DNA of 64,000 nt, from positions 1 through 64,000 of the forward strand of contig NIVC01002284.1 in assembly GCA_002269645.1 (NCBI GenBank), written 5' to 3'. This document shows positions 24,903 through 36,648 of the stretch, one piece after another (position 1 is the stretch's first letter; every line of letters starts with the position of its first letter). The position numbers were made by a program, and so were the translations under genes. The notes under the pieces were generated by a model, which did no database searches, was not told the DNA's origin, and saw only the letters and a list, made by a program, of their open reading frames with translations. This DNA is from Macrostomum lignano. Lineage: Eukaryota.

Positions 24903-25892
24903 GCGTTCGTCAAAGATCCGTTCGTCATTTTCGAAGCTCAGGGGCCCTTGCCGCGCGATTGCCCTGATGTCGATCTAGTTGTTGGTTTAAATGTCAACGT
25001 TAGCAACGTACGCGAAGCAGCTCGTTATCTGAGTGTTAATGTTTTAGAATCCAATCTGCGAACAGTTCCTGGGAGTGACATCAAATATCTAAGTTGTGGA
25101 GGCCTTTCTTTGGCGTTAGTAGATGGCGTAGCTGTTTTTCGAAAAAAGACATCGTCCGACGCGAGACAAGATTATTCGAACCGTCTTCGTGCTGTTGAGG
25201 CTGGCAGAGACTGGCTTGAAGGTCACCATTGGAAGCGCGTAGATGTAATTGAGCGTAACGATGATGGTATGGCTAACGGACTAATCATCAAGGCGTTAAA
25301 GAATTTAACGCGAGCAGAGTCGTTTGCTTCTCCTGCATTGGCAGGCCTCATTCGAGCTTCAATCGCCTGCACTAAGCAGATTCAAGCAGAGTGCGTTAAA
25401 GCAACGAAATTTAGTATAAATTCTGGTAATGCTTCCGAAATTGAGTTCCGCAAAAGCACGTACGACTGCGAGATCAATGAAAATGTTGAGTCTGCAGGTG
25501 ACGAAACCGCTTCTCTAGAGTTTCAAGATCATGATGACATTCAAGAGGCTTCGGAAGCTGCCGTAAGCGAGACTTCGGAAGCTGCGGTAAGAGAGGCTTC
25601 GGAAGCTGCCGTAAGAGAAGCTTCGGAAGCTGCTCGTCTTCCGTCTACGAAAATAAGAAACAGAGCATGCAAAACTAAATGGCAGAAAAGCAGCATCGTC
25701 GTCAGCAAATCAATGGCTAACACTGGATCGGGATCGAAGTCGAAGGCCACCGGCAGATCAGGATCGAAGTCGAAGGCCACCGGCAGATCAGGATCGAAGT
25801 CGAAGGCCACCGGCAGATCAGGATCGAAGTCGAAGGCCACCGGCGGATCAGGATCGAAGTCAAAGGCCACCGGCAGATCGGCATCAAAGTGA
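24903..25892 (+). CDS. Orphan second ORF of the MULE, convergent with the transposase
   Basis: Open frame of ~329 codons after a tttcag acceptor, with C-terminal EASEAAV (21-nt) and GSKSKATGRS (30-nt) repeats. No ATG or family recognised. Confidence 0.55.
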   Translation, partial: AFVKDPFVIFEAQGPLPRDCPDVDLVVGLNVNVSNVREAARYLSVNVLESNLRTVPGSDIKYLSCGGLSLALVDGVAVFRKKTSSDARQDYSNRLRAVEAGRDWLEGHHWKRVDVIERNDDGMANGLIIKALKNLTRAESFASPALAGLIRASIACTKQIQAECVKATKFSINSGNASEIEFRKSTYDCEINENVESAGDETASLEFQDHDDIQEASEAAVSETSEAAVREASEAAVREASEAARLPSTKIRNRACKTKWQKSSIVVSKSMANTGSGSKSKATGRSGSKSKATGRSGSKSKATGRSGSKSKATGGSGSKSKATGRSASK

Positions 25893-26253
25893 AAGGCAGG
25901 TCGCAAGCACAACTGTTGTAATGAAGCTAGCAATAATTGTTTTCAGTAATATGCAACATTCGCAGTGTCAGTAATTGATTTTGACAACAATAGGGCGCTA
26001 TCATTTTTATATGCTATTGGTACGCTGAGTCCCTGTTTTTATTGCCTTTAAACTCAATTAAGCCAGTAAAATTCGTACGTGTAATTTATGTTCTTTTTCT
26101 TAATCTCTCGTGTTATATGCGAACTTAGTTTTCAATTATTCAGCCTTCGTTATCGATGTATTTGTTATTACAAGTTAAGAAAATATAGTCATTGACGACA
26201 AAAGATTGCAATCAGTTGATGAAGATAACATTACGTTAAACAGCAAATAAAAC

Positions 26254-26447
26254 CACAGAACTTACACAGAACTAACTTTAAGCCTTCGCCTCATAGGCAC
26301 TCGCGAAAACCCCGATGTTTTGGCCATAGACTAACATATGGCTACTCATTCCTCTTCATCAACAAAGTAGTGTGAGCGCGTATCTATTTCTACTCAGTTC
26401 TATTCTAAAAAGAGAACGCTGATTGAGCATTTTGTGTAAGTTCTGTG
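26254..26447. mobile_element. MITE (~194 bp) between the two MULE genes
   Basis: 15-bp TIR CACAGAACTTACACA / TGTGTAAGTTCTGTG; flanking aataaaac / gataaaac (8-bp TSD with one mismatch). Confidence 0.7.
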
Positions 26448-26774
26448 GATAAAACATAAGAGGACTGGGCATGTCAGTAATAAACGGTGAAAAACGACAA
26501 TGTCGCAACTGAGTGGTCTCCAACAAAATGAATTTATTCTTGAATTAATGAAATTCAAGACAGTTTGTAACATAATTAATCGTGATGACTTTTTTCGACA
26601 TACTTATTTTTGTATCTAATGCTTGCGTAAAATTATCGGTTGAATAAAGACAAAAATGGAACGACTTCAGTGGATTTTATAGAGAAGTGTTGTACTTATA
26701 AATTGCTGCAAGTAAATGCTGCAAGCTGATACTCGAAACAGACTAGTCAGATCATGATAATTACCATTCGTCAA

Positions 26775-27900
26775 TCAGTCTGTCTGCCTTCCGAGCCGGC
26801 AAGTGGGGCAGTGCCACACCCTTGACGGTGCTAGCTTTGCGATTCCAACGCAGAACTGGTGATGCCAGGCTTCACAGGAATCACAGGCAATCTGTGATGA
26901 AGATAAAGGGGCATGGGGAAGGTAATTTTGACACGTGTACTGCTGCTGTGTGCAAATGTTTCTTACCCATTCATCCGGCTTCCTGTGCCGCCGAGTCGAA
27001 AAAACTTCCTCCTCGCCACAGGTGAAGCACAGGCCACTCGAGCCGATGGCGGCCTTCACCAAGGTATTCCAGATGCGCAGTCTCTGGTAAGGGAGGTTGT
27101 GAACGACTTCTGGCAGGACGGTGTGCTTCGTATAAATGACGCTCTCCGCAAAGAGGCACACCAGGATGCCACAGCTGTAGCTGTCCTCCTGAACGAAGTG
27201 CCCTGGCATGCGTGCAGGCTTGTCCAGGGTCGGCCAGCCAGTAAGATGTTGCAGTTGGCTGCGTGCAGATTAGGTGGGTGTTTAGGGGTAAGTAGCAATG
27301 TGGGTGTTTCGCAAACTTTTGGACCTTCATGTCGAAATGGAGCAAGTTTACTGTTTCAACAGAACTTTAGCTTACTTGACAGCGATAACGAATTTCTTAG
27401 TCAGCTCGTCGCTCTGCCTGACCTTCGGGTCAATGACAACGAAACTGCGCAGTCGTAAGTCTATGACGAGCAGGCAAAAGTGATGGCTAAGTAGCAGAGG
27501 GCCGACAAGAATGCGGGAGCCTGCCTTCCTATTAGCATTCACAAGCTTCGTCTGAAGTTCGTCTTGCAGGATGGCGTCCCCTAGTGTGTCCACCTCGTAA
27601 TTGTACAGAGGCGTAATGCCACACTTAGCCTGACATGCCAGTACAGCTATGTAGGCGTTGGGGATCTGCAGCAGTGAACGAGGGGAATGCATGATGAGAT
27701 TTTAATTTTAATCATCAACGAGTGATTCAGTTTCGACACGTACACTTGCTGAAATCCAGCGTGTGCCATGCAAGCTGTCACGCTCATAGGTCCAGATAGC
27801 GTAGTCCGATCTGTCAGTTCTGACGGTGAACAGCTTTCGCTCCGTATCCACCGATGCAGAACTTTGACGCCGTTTAGCTGGTAGGTTGGTTAGTTCAGTC
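26775..27900 (-). CDS. Ulp1-type (C48) cysteine protease + PHD finger; probably the C-terminal exons of the transposase
   Basis: WISAS|IPNAYIAVL across a GT-AG intron, then HFCLLVID...VIDP (His, Asp), QEDSYSCGILV (Gln, Cys), and CFTC...CDSCEAWHHQFC...WHCPTC (C4HC3). Confidence 0.85.
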
Positions 27901-30900
27901 AAAAACGTCTCCTCGTAACTTTGGCTGACTCGCTTACGGCTCGGCTGGCTAGCTGGCTGGCTGGTCGGCTGGCTGGCTGACTGGTCGGCTTGCTGGCTAG
28001 CTGACTGGCTGGTCGGCTGTTCGGCAGGTTGGTTGGTTGGCTGGCTGGCTGGTCGGCTGGCTGGCTGGCTGGCTGACTGGTCGGCTGGCTGGCTGACTGG
28101 CTGGTCGGCTGTTCGGCAGGTTGGTTGGTTGGCTGGCTGGCTGGTCGGCTGGCTGGCTGGCTGGCTGACTGGTCGGGTGGCCGGCTCTCCATTGGCGTAG
28201 TATGCCCTGGATAAGCAGGAGGAGGCGGCCTAGCCGGCTGGCGAAAAACGCGAAATTGTGTGCAGCGCAGTCCGGGTACTGGAGCAGATGACGCACGTAT
28301 GTTTGTCAGGCGAATTCCTCCAGGTACACCTGTCAGGCGCACTCCTCCGGGTACACCTGTCGGGCGCACTCCTCCGGGTACACCTGTCAGGCGCACTCCT
28401 CCGGGAACACCTGTCAGGCGCACTCCTCCAGGTACGGTAGGAATGGGAATTCCTGTCACGCGCACTGCTGGTGGTGATGGGGGCCCATCGGCAGGCTTCG
28501 CGTCTCGTCTTGACGGCAGCTTCGACTTTATCTTAGTCCGTTTCATTTTCTTGAGGTCTTTAGTCTCCTCTCTGGTGTAAGGCTTTCCAGGTCGCGTCTT
28601 TCTTCCTTTAGGCCTCTGCAAAATGCGCGTTACATTTGGCAGACCGTCCGATACAACCGGAATATTCTTCATGCACCCGACGAATCCAATATGGGTGCAC
28701 TTAGTCTGCATCGGACACGAGCATAAGGCCTGGCCGCCAGCGAAGTAGACAACGAACCGCGCGTTTATTGTATTAGTCACAATGTAACTGCCGTCATCAG
28801 CTTCGGCCAAGCTGTAGCCTAGAGCTTTGCACTTGGCCAGACGCTCATTCTTGCCTTCGTCATCGCTGCTGCTCTCACTGCTGCTGTCTCCGCCACTGCT
28901 GTCATCTTCATCGTCGTCACTGGAGTCGGCCGGCTGGCTGGATGGCTGACTTGCTGGCTGCTCGGCTGGCTGGCTGGCTGGCTGACTTGCTGGCTGGCTG
29001 GCTGGCTGCTCGGCTGGCTGGCTGGCTGGCTGACTTGCTGGCTGGCTGGCTGGCTGCTCGGCTGGCTGGCTGGCTGGCTGACTTGCTGGCTGGCTGGCTG
29101 GCTGCTCGGCTGGCTGACTTGCTGGCTCCTCGGCTGGCTGGCTGGCTGACTTGCTGGCTGGCTGGCTGACTGGTTCTTCTCCGACAGTTCCATCACTAGT
29201 TGAGCAACGAATTCTTCGCTCATTCCTGTGACGCCAGATACGATTGCTTGCATCAGAGTGTCGTACTTTGGTACTTGCAGCATATTGCACTCGCCGATTT
29301 CCTTCTTCAGAGAGGCATACTTGGACTTCAGCTGGTAGCGTCCAAACCCCATTAGACTGCGAGCAATCTCGTTATGCCTTGCAATCGAGAGTGCATGAAG
29401 GCCAATGAGGCATTGCATCATGCCAACACGACGCTGCGAGTTGAAGTGTCTTCGAAGAAGCGCGTTCAGAGCTTCCGACTGGTTTTGCGTTATGCCTGAC
29501 TTGTCCCAGTAATGCTGTCCGAGTATCCAGCGGCCGCTGTACTTCACGATTGCCGGTCTTATTGTGCCTTCATAGTACTTGACCACTCTTGCAGTCCAGT
29601 GTTCCTTCTCATGCAGCGTGGCCTCTAGATCCAGGAAGTCGTCTTCAGTCTCACAACAAAGAAGATTGTCGACATCCTTGCGGAACTCGGTGCTTTGATT
29701 CCTGTGCTTTTGCAACCACCTCTTGACATCAGTCCTCAAGTGGTTCCAACAGCCAAGAATCTTGACCTTGGGCAGCAACTCTGGTAAAGACCGCCGCAGC
29801 CCAATCTCGCCATCAAAAACGCAGGTAGTTGAAACCTGACGCAGAGCTGGTAGAGCCTCGCTAGCTGCCTCCCAGAAAATGCGGTGAACCTGACTGACTT
29901 TCTTGTCGTGAATCAGGTACAATGGGGCCACAATAGGGGCAGTGTCACCTTCAAACACTGGCAGTCGTATGACAAGTGCAGAGACCAGCACATCTGACAC
30001 AGAGAAGCCAGTGTCGTATGACATCAGCAGCTTCTTCGGCTTCAACAGCAGCATTCTGTTCACTTGCTCCAGCAAATTCCTCTGCCCGACAACAATCGCA
30101 GTGTAAGGCAGACCTGTGAAATGCCGGATGTAGTCTGGCACCTCATTCTGCAGCGCAGCGACAGCCAGCATTTGATCTGCCAGTCCAGTAGCCTTTGAGG
30201 AGCGGTACTTGGCATTGGCCGCCTGCTTGGGATCTCGAGGCAGATACGACGGATTATAGACGGCAGCAGGCATTTTTAACTTCAATTCTTTCTTCATTGC
30301 CCTCATTGTCGAGGGGCAAGTCCGAAACCGATTGGCCTTCGATTGTTGATTGTCGCTGCTTTGCGGGGCATCTTCGTCGTCACTGTCCTGGTCTACTGGC
30401 TTTTGAGGCCCCCGAATCAAGGCTGCAGGACAATCGTTGGGGTCTCCAAAGTAGTGAACCAGCGTGATACTGAAATGGGAGGAGAACCAAAGTAAGCTTA
30501 GTGTTTCCTGTATGCAAAGTATTACTCATTCTTTGTCAAGCCATTTCCACATATCTCACCTTTGATCAACATTGCCATCTGATCGAAAAAGGCAGAATGC
30601 ACATCTCCAGAATGATAAATGCTGTTGATATGCATTTAGTGCAATGTATTTGTACTTGTACAGTACTGGAGCAAGGCCTTTTTGATTAGGTTGCCTGCAA
30701 ATGCGTGGTAAGGGAGGTAAATGAGTGCGTATACATACATAAAAATTCTTGATTTGTGATACAATATTTTTCCATAAAAAATAATTATGCTGCAATATGA
30801 TGCAAAAATGTTATCAAATTTTTACGCACCATTTTCAATAGAAAAAGTAGTGCACAACTTTATTCAATTCAGCATTTGTAATTGAAATTCTATCCACTGG

Positions 30901-31471
30901 ATCCCTGCTATGAAGCTTTCAAGATTATATAGAATGAAATGAATAATATAAAACAGAAAATTACAAAATCTCACTACGTACACGAAAGTCCCCAAGTGAA
31001 GTAAGAATCTTTGTGAAATGCCATGTCTTTCAGATATTCTAATCAACATGATCAACCTAAAGTTTGGGCTTGAAAAAAGTATCTTCCAACTGTGAGTCTA
31101 TCTAACAAGTCAAAAGTAATTTTAGAGCCACAGAACATTGTCCATTTGTACACAAAACTGCTACATGCTCGTTAATCAAAATAAAGACAAGTATGTCTGT
31201 TTGAAACAGTTCTCTTTATGTACCTTGGCATTGTATCCGTTCCTTGAGACTTCCACCGAAATGCATCGTACTTCCAGTCGTCCTTGAACTCCTCATTTGC
31301 AGGAATGAAGTAGTACCTATAGCCATTTAGAGCGTCTAATTCTACTGTAAATTTGGCTATGCTGGACCTTTCAATTCCATCGTTGGCATCATTCTCTGAC
31401 AGCAGCTTCGCCGCTTCTGCATATCCTAGACCAAGTGTTCTAGCATTTAATCTTCTTTGATGCTTCTCCAT
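27899..31471 (-). CDS. MULE transposase: CG-1/WRKY-GCM-like DNA-binding region, DDE core, SWIM finger (spliced, frameshifted)
   Basis: DWKYDAFRWKSQG (31172-31471), LVHYFGD and RTCPS after the acceptor at 30470, then YDTGF...FDGE...GCWNH...TQNQSEALN (D, D, CxxH, E). CSCPMQTKCTH SWIM lies in another frame after a (CAGC)n tract. Confidence 0.85.
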
Positions 31472-32920
31472 GGCTATACCGATACCTGCTTACTGCAGGG
31501 AGAAGAAGTAAGTATAATATTTAGAAAAAGTAAGGGAGGACGCAAAATATAAACTGAGTAAATATAAAACACAAGTCTGTACTAATAATAATTATAAAAC
31601 AAAAATGGGCTGCAACTAGTTTCGTGAAGCTTAGTGTGGTTGAGCTTGGATAAGCAATGGATGCCAAATGACTGCCCCGGCTTGGCCTGGCCGCGGTATT
31701 CATGCCAAAAATTCAAAAATATGTGACGCTAATTTTAAAGCCCTAAACACAGCTTGAATGTGTTTATTACTATTTTAGAACTCTAGTAACTTCCTTAATG
31801 CCTATCATGCAATAATACCTCCCAATTTTAAGTCGCTTTTTTGTTTATCTTTTAGAAATTTTAAATCGAAAAATCTGGCCCGGCCGGGGTTGGGCCTTAA
31901 AAAAGTATCTTCCACCAGAACCAATTTGTGAAGTATAACTTTTTGTCTCCATAACTAGAGGGAGATACGTGCTATAAAGTTTTTATTATTGAATGACAAT
32001 CGCCAAGAAGAAAGTGAAAATTGTACTTAGTGAGGTTGTTAAGGCAGTCAAATATTAACAGAGTTAAATAGTTATACTGCTGTTTTTCTTGGAATTTCGA
32101 ACCGATTCTGGTTCTGGAATTGGTAATATGAAAAGGCCCATAGACAATCGTAACCGAGCTAGAGGGAGCCTCTTCATGCATGGAAATCGATTCCAGAACC
32201 AGAATCGGTTCGGATTTCCAAGAAAAAAAATAAAAAAGCAATATAATTATTTAACTTTGTTGAATGTTTGACTGCCTTAACAGCCTCACTTTGCACAATT
32301 TTTCACTTTCTTCTTGGCTATTGCCATTCAATAATCACAATTTGAAAGCACTAATATCCCTATAGTTTAGGAAACAAAAAGTTAGGCCTATACTTTACAA
32401 ATTGGTGTGTTCTGGTTCTAGAACCTGAACAAGCAATATGAAGAGCCTCACTAGTGTCGTGTTAAATTATCAAGAATCTATGGAGACCAAAGGAATCTGA
32501 ACTCATAATGTATATTATCAATTGTTGGATTCAGATTTACAAAATAAAAAAGTACATATTCTTAGCTTTTGGCTTAGCAATGAATAATGGTTTTGTTTGG
32601 GCCTAGCCATTGGCATCAGGCCATTGGGCTTAGCTTAGCCCCCAGTCCACCATGACTTGCCCTTCTCAGTTGTTCTGCGAATGCATCCACGCAAAGACTA
32701 GGCCTAGGTAGTAGGCCCCTAGCTAGATCTCTTTTTGTCTGTACTATATAGTTAAAGGCCTATAGCCCTAGGTCCTGTCAACAATAAGATATGAAATTAT
32801 TAGACCCTAGGCCTACATACTAACATACATCAACAGTAGGCCTAAATTCTTCAGTTCAAGAAGTTTTTTTTATTTTACAAAGTGGTTAGGCCTAGGCTAG
32901 GTCTGACCTAGGTATGTTAG

Positions 32921-34241
32921 TGTAGTGAAACTACAACTTAACTTAGATTTGAATTGCAATATATTTTATGAGTTAAAGACAAGAAGGCTTGGGGCGAGAA
33001 ACTTAATTGTGAGAAAGAACTGTAAAAGGAAATTAGTCTATGGTAATTTATGACAAACTGAGTTGCAAATAAAAAGTACAACAAAATATCTATATGACTC
33101 CCCCCTCCAAATGCGGAGCACGAGGAAAAAAGACTGTAACTGAAGTAAAAATAGTGGGATAGCTCAACAATCAAAACAAAGTGGGTGGGAATGCAATCGA
33201 AAAATGGTTTATGAGAGGTCGAATATTTGGAAATATTGAGAACAATGAGAAAAACAGTCAGTGAACGTTACATATTAGGTGGTTAATAATAAATATAATC
33301 ACTGTGCATGGGAAGATGAATGAAGCAAAATGAGCGAGTTGCATGAAGTGAAGTGCCTAAGAGTGCTACTGGGCTGTTCTGTTGGACGCATTGTTGTCGG
33401 TGGGAAAGCTTCCTTGGTGCTGGGTTGTGATGGGAGGTGTTGAGCTGGTTTGCGGTGTCCGGTCCCCTCGAGGTACTCCCTATGATGCTCCAGAAGGGCG
33501 GATTGTCGTGTGACCAGCGCGAACTGCTGAAGATGCCGAGTGCAGACAGACAACGACCAGAATTGAGGGTATGACTGAGGCGGAACGTCGCTCTGCGGCT
33601 GAGGCAGTGCAGGTGGAACGCACAAGGAGAACCGAAAGTTGCTGATGCGGCCGGCCATGATGCACCGTCGGGTTGTCATTGACCTCGTGGGAGGCTCATT
33701 ATTTTGGCGACTCACCGACGGGATTGGCTGGGACTGGCAAATTGGTGGAAGTGTAATGGTGCTGCTGACAACGGAAACTCGATCGAAGACTTTGATGAAC
33801 CCATGTAGGCACATATAATTGGTCGTCAATGAGCTCCATGTCAGACATCAGGTTGAACTCTGTGGCTGCTATAGTGATACCACGCATGGATGCAGATGTT
33901 GACGAAATGATGATGCATGGCTACATGGCATGGCAGAATGATGACGACATGGGCGGTGCCGTCGTGATGATGCTATATACAGTGCATATCGATATGGCAA
34001 TTAGTGCAGCCCCCAGATGGGGACATAGTTGGACTTACACTCGTAACGGCGCCTCACCGGACCAATTTGTAGTGAAACTACAACTTAACTTAGATTTGAA
34101 TTGCAATATATTTTATGAGTTAAAGACGAGAGGGCTTGGGGCGAGAAACTTAACTGCGAGAAAGAACTATAAAAGGAAATTAGTCTATGGTAATTTATGA
34201 CAAACTGAGTTGCAAATAAAAAGTACAACAAAATATCTATA
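32921..34241 (-). mobile_element. Second small non-autonomous LTR element, 1,321 bp
   Basis: 174-bp direct repeats 32921-33094 and 34068-34241 (5 transitions), TSD TTAG, minus-strand PBS-like TGGTCCGG and purine tract GGAGGGGGGAG. The empty site is visible in an inverted copy at ~32772-32829. Confidence 0.82.
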
Positions 34242-35489
34242 TTAGTATGTAGGCCTAGGGTCTAATAATTTCATATCTTATTGTTGACAGGTGTATAGTG
34301 CCTATCTAGGCCTAAGTCTATTATGGAAACAAATTTGAAGTTTCAATGTGTATGATTAGACTCAGTCATTAGTTAGACAGAATAAAAATCAAAATGCCAA
34401 ATGGTATGATAAATTTCAACTTGGGTCTAGACTCTATTGTGTCTATTGTACTAATTCTACCTATATTAGGCCTAAGGCCTATTTAGGCCTAGTCTATTGA
34501 TACTAAATAGAAAAAGCATAGGGGCCTAGGCCTAATTATATAGCCTAAGGCCTAATAACTACTTTATTTAGAAGTTTAGAGCCTTTACTTCCTTTAGGCC
34601 TAATTCCTTGTAATGGGACCTATTAAATAGGTTGCTTTCACAAGACCAAAATTTAATAATACTGATTATTGAAACTAAAAGACACCTGCCTTCATAAGAC
34701 TAGTTTTATAGGACCAAAATTTTACAATGCCAAAAACTATAGCATGGTCTCTCATAGGAGTAGGGCCTAAGACCAATATTTTATAGGCCTACCTAAACCT
34801 AAAATTTCCTAAGACTAAAATTTTTGACATTCTAATATTTTGGTCTTATGGAGGCTTTGTATTTTGAGTTTTTGGCATTGTGAAATTTTGGTTAGGAGGT
34901 CTAATTTTGGCATTCATTGCCATTGGTTTTATAATCACTATGCAAAGTGAAATTGATAAATCACCAATATAAAGAATAAGAGAATCATTGAAAATAGCAA
35001 CAATTTTTAGGCCTAATCTAGAATTTATGGTAGCATTTATATTATATCTATGTATTTTATTGATTTTATTCAAAATATATAAATAAGTAGCTTGCCTAAG
35101 ATTTTTGGTATATATATAAATTATAAGTAAGTTTTTTTAAAATGAAATTATATATATTATAATAATATATATAATATATAATATATAATATATAACAATA
35201 ATAGAAAGTTTTATAATCATTTCAATTATATGTTACCTACAAGCTGTTGAAGCCCATGGATTTTGAACCCGGGGAATTTCAATCCCTAGAACTATTTTTG
35301 CATGTACTCATCTAAAATCTAAGGTCAAACTCAAACAAAAACTTGTTAATAGTTAGGTTAGAATTAAATATAAAATAGAATACATTCCTGAATAATTAGG
35401 ATTAAAGGCAAACATTTATATTGTTGGCTGGGGTGCTGCGAATAGGAAACTCTGGCCTCTGCCTCTCCTAATGTCCCTAGGATCCTTAG

Positions 35490-36123
35490 AAACTTCAATC
35501 TTCTCTTCTGTTTCCTCTCCTCTCTCTTGTCTCTGTCTCTTCTCTCTCTTTCTCCTCTATCCCCTATTCTCTTGTCTATTCCCTCTCCCTTCTATTCTTT
35601 TATCCCTCCTCTCCTCCCTCCTCTCTACTCTCTACTCTCTCCTCTCGTATGTTTTCTCAACTCTCATCTGTACTCTTCTCTTTCCCCTCTTTTGACTCCT
35701 CTCTTTCCTTTCTCCTTTTTCCCTTCTCTTCTCTTCCCTCTTCTATTCTCTCCCTCTCTTGTCTTCTCTCTTTTCTCTCCACTCTCCTCTCTCCTCTCAT
35801 ATATTGTCTGTTCACTCTCATCTTTGCTCTCTCACCCTCTCTCTTCTGTCATCTCTACTCTCCTCTCTCCTGTGTACTCTTCTCTTTCCCCTCTTCTGAC
35901 TCCCTTCTTTCCTTACTCCTCTCTTCTCTTCCCTCTTCTTTACTCTCTCCACTCTATTCTCTTCTCTCGTCTCTCGTCTCTCTGCACTCTGCTCTCTCCT
36001 CCTTAATCTCTCATCTCTCCTCTCTCATCTCTCCTTTTCTCTCTCTTATCTCTACAATCTAATTTCTTTCCTCTCTCCTCTTCCCTTTACTCTATCTCTC
36101 CTTTCTTTTCCTTTCTTTCTCAA

Positions 36124-36181
<58 letters not shown>

Positions 36182-36500
36182 TATCTTTATCTCCTCTCTT
36201 CTCACTCCTCTCTCCCCCTCTCCCCCCTCTTATCTCCTCTCCTCGATCCTTTCTAATCTCTCCTCTCGATACTCTCCTCTCTACTTTCCTCTCTCATCAA
36301 TCCTGTCTTATCTCTCCCCTCTTCTCTCCCCTTCTTCTCACCTCTACTCTTTCCTCTCTCTCCTCTCTCCCCTCCTCTTGCTTTTTCCTTGCATATTCTC
36401 TGCTCTCTCCTCACCCCCTCGTATCTTTTGTTATCTTCTATTATTTCTCTTATTCCCCTCTCGCCCCTCCTTCTCTTTCTAATAGTCTATTCCTTCTCCT
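35490..36500. repeat. CT-rich low-complexity / (CT)n region
   Basis: Polypyrimidine tract with a perfect (CT)n core near 36130-36180. Confidence 0.9.
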
Positions 36501-36648
36501 TTCCACTCTCATCTGGCCCGCAGCCATGAGCTGGATTCTTTATCTGGCCTTTGAGGTAAAAATTTGCCGATCCCTACTTCAAAAGCCAGTTTTTGGGACG
36601 TAGTTGTTATCATTTCTCATGCTTTAATCACGTCATCTTTCTGGCCAA

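Larger units (their letters stand above)
20626..31913 (-). mobile_element. Mutator-like DNA transposon (MULE), 11,288 bp
   Basis: About 75-bp TIRs (ACTTTTTTAAGGCCCAACCCCGGCCGGGCCAGATTTTTCGATTTAAAATTTC), 9-bp TSD ACCAGAACC (20617-20625 / 31914-31922), and an internal DDE transposase. Confidence 0.9.
20585..32448. mobile_element. Pair of inverted ~290-bp MITEs; the left one is split by the MULE
   Basis: Copy A = 20585-20625 + 31914-32136 with TIR GGCCTTTTCATATT. Copy B (~32166-32448) is an inverted, uninterrupted relative that shows the empty MULE site. Confidence 0.6.

Noticed and set aside
20639-31900. TTAA-flanked termini GGCCC...GGGCC suggesting a Kolobok- or piggyBac-like element
   Set aside because: The inverted repeat continues outward, and a perfect 9-bp TSD (ACCAGAACC) flanks 20626-31913. 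The uninterrupted MITE copy B agrees, and the transposase is MULE-like.
33299-34200. ORFs inside the small LTR element as gag or integrase
   Set aside because: No CCHC, YxDD or DDE motifs are recognisable.
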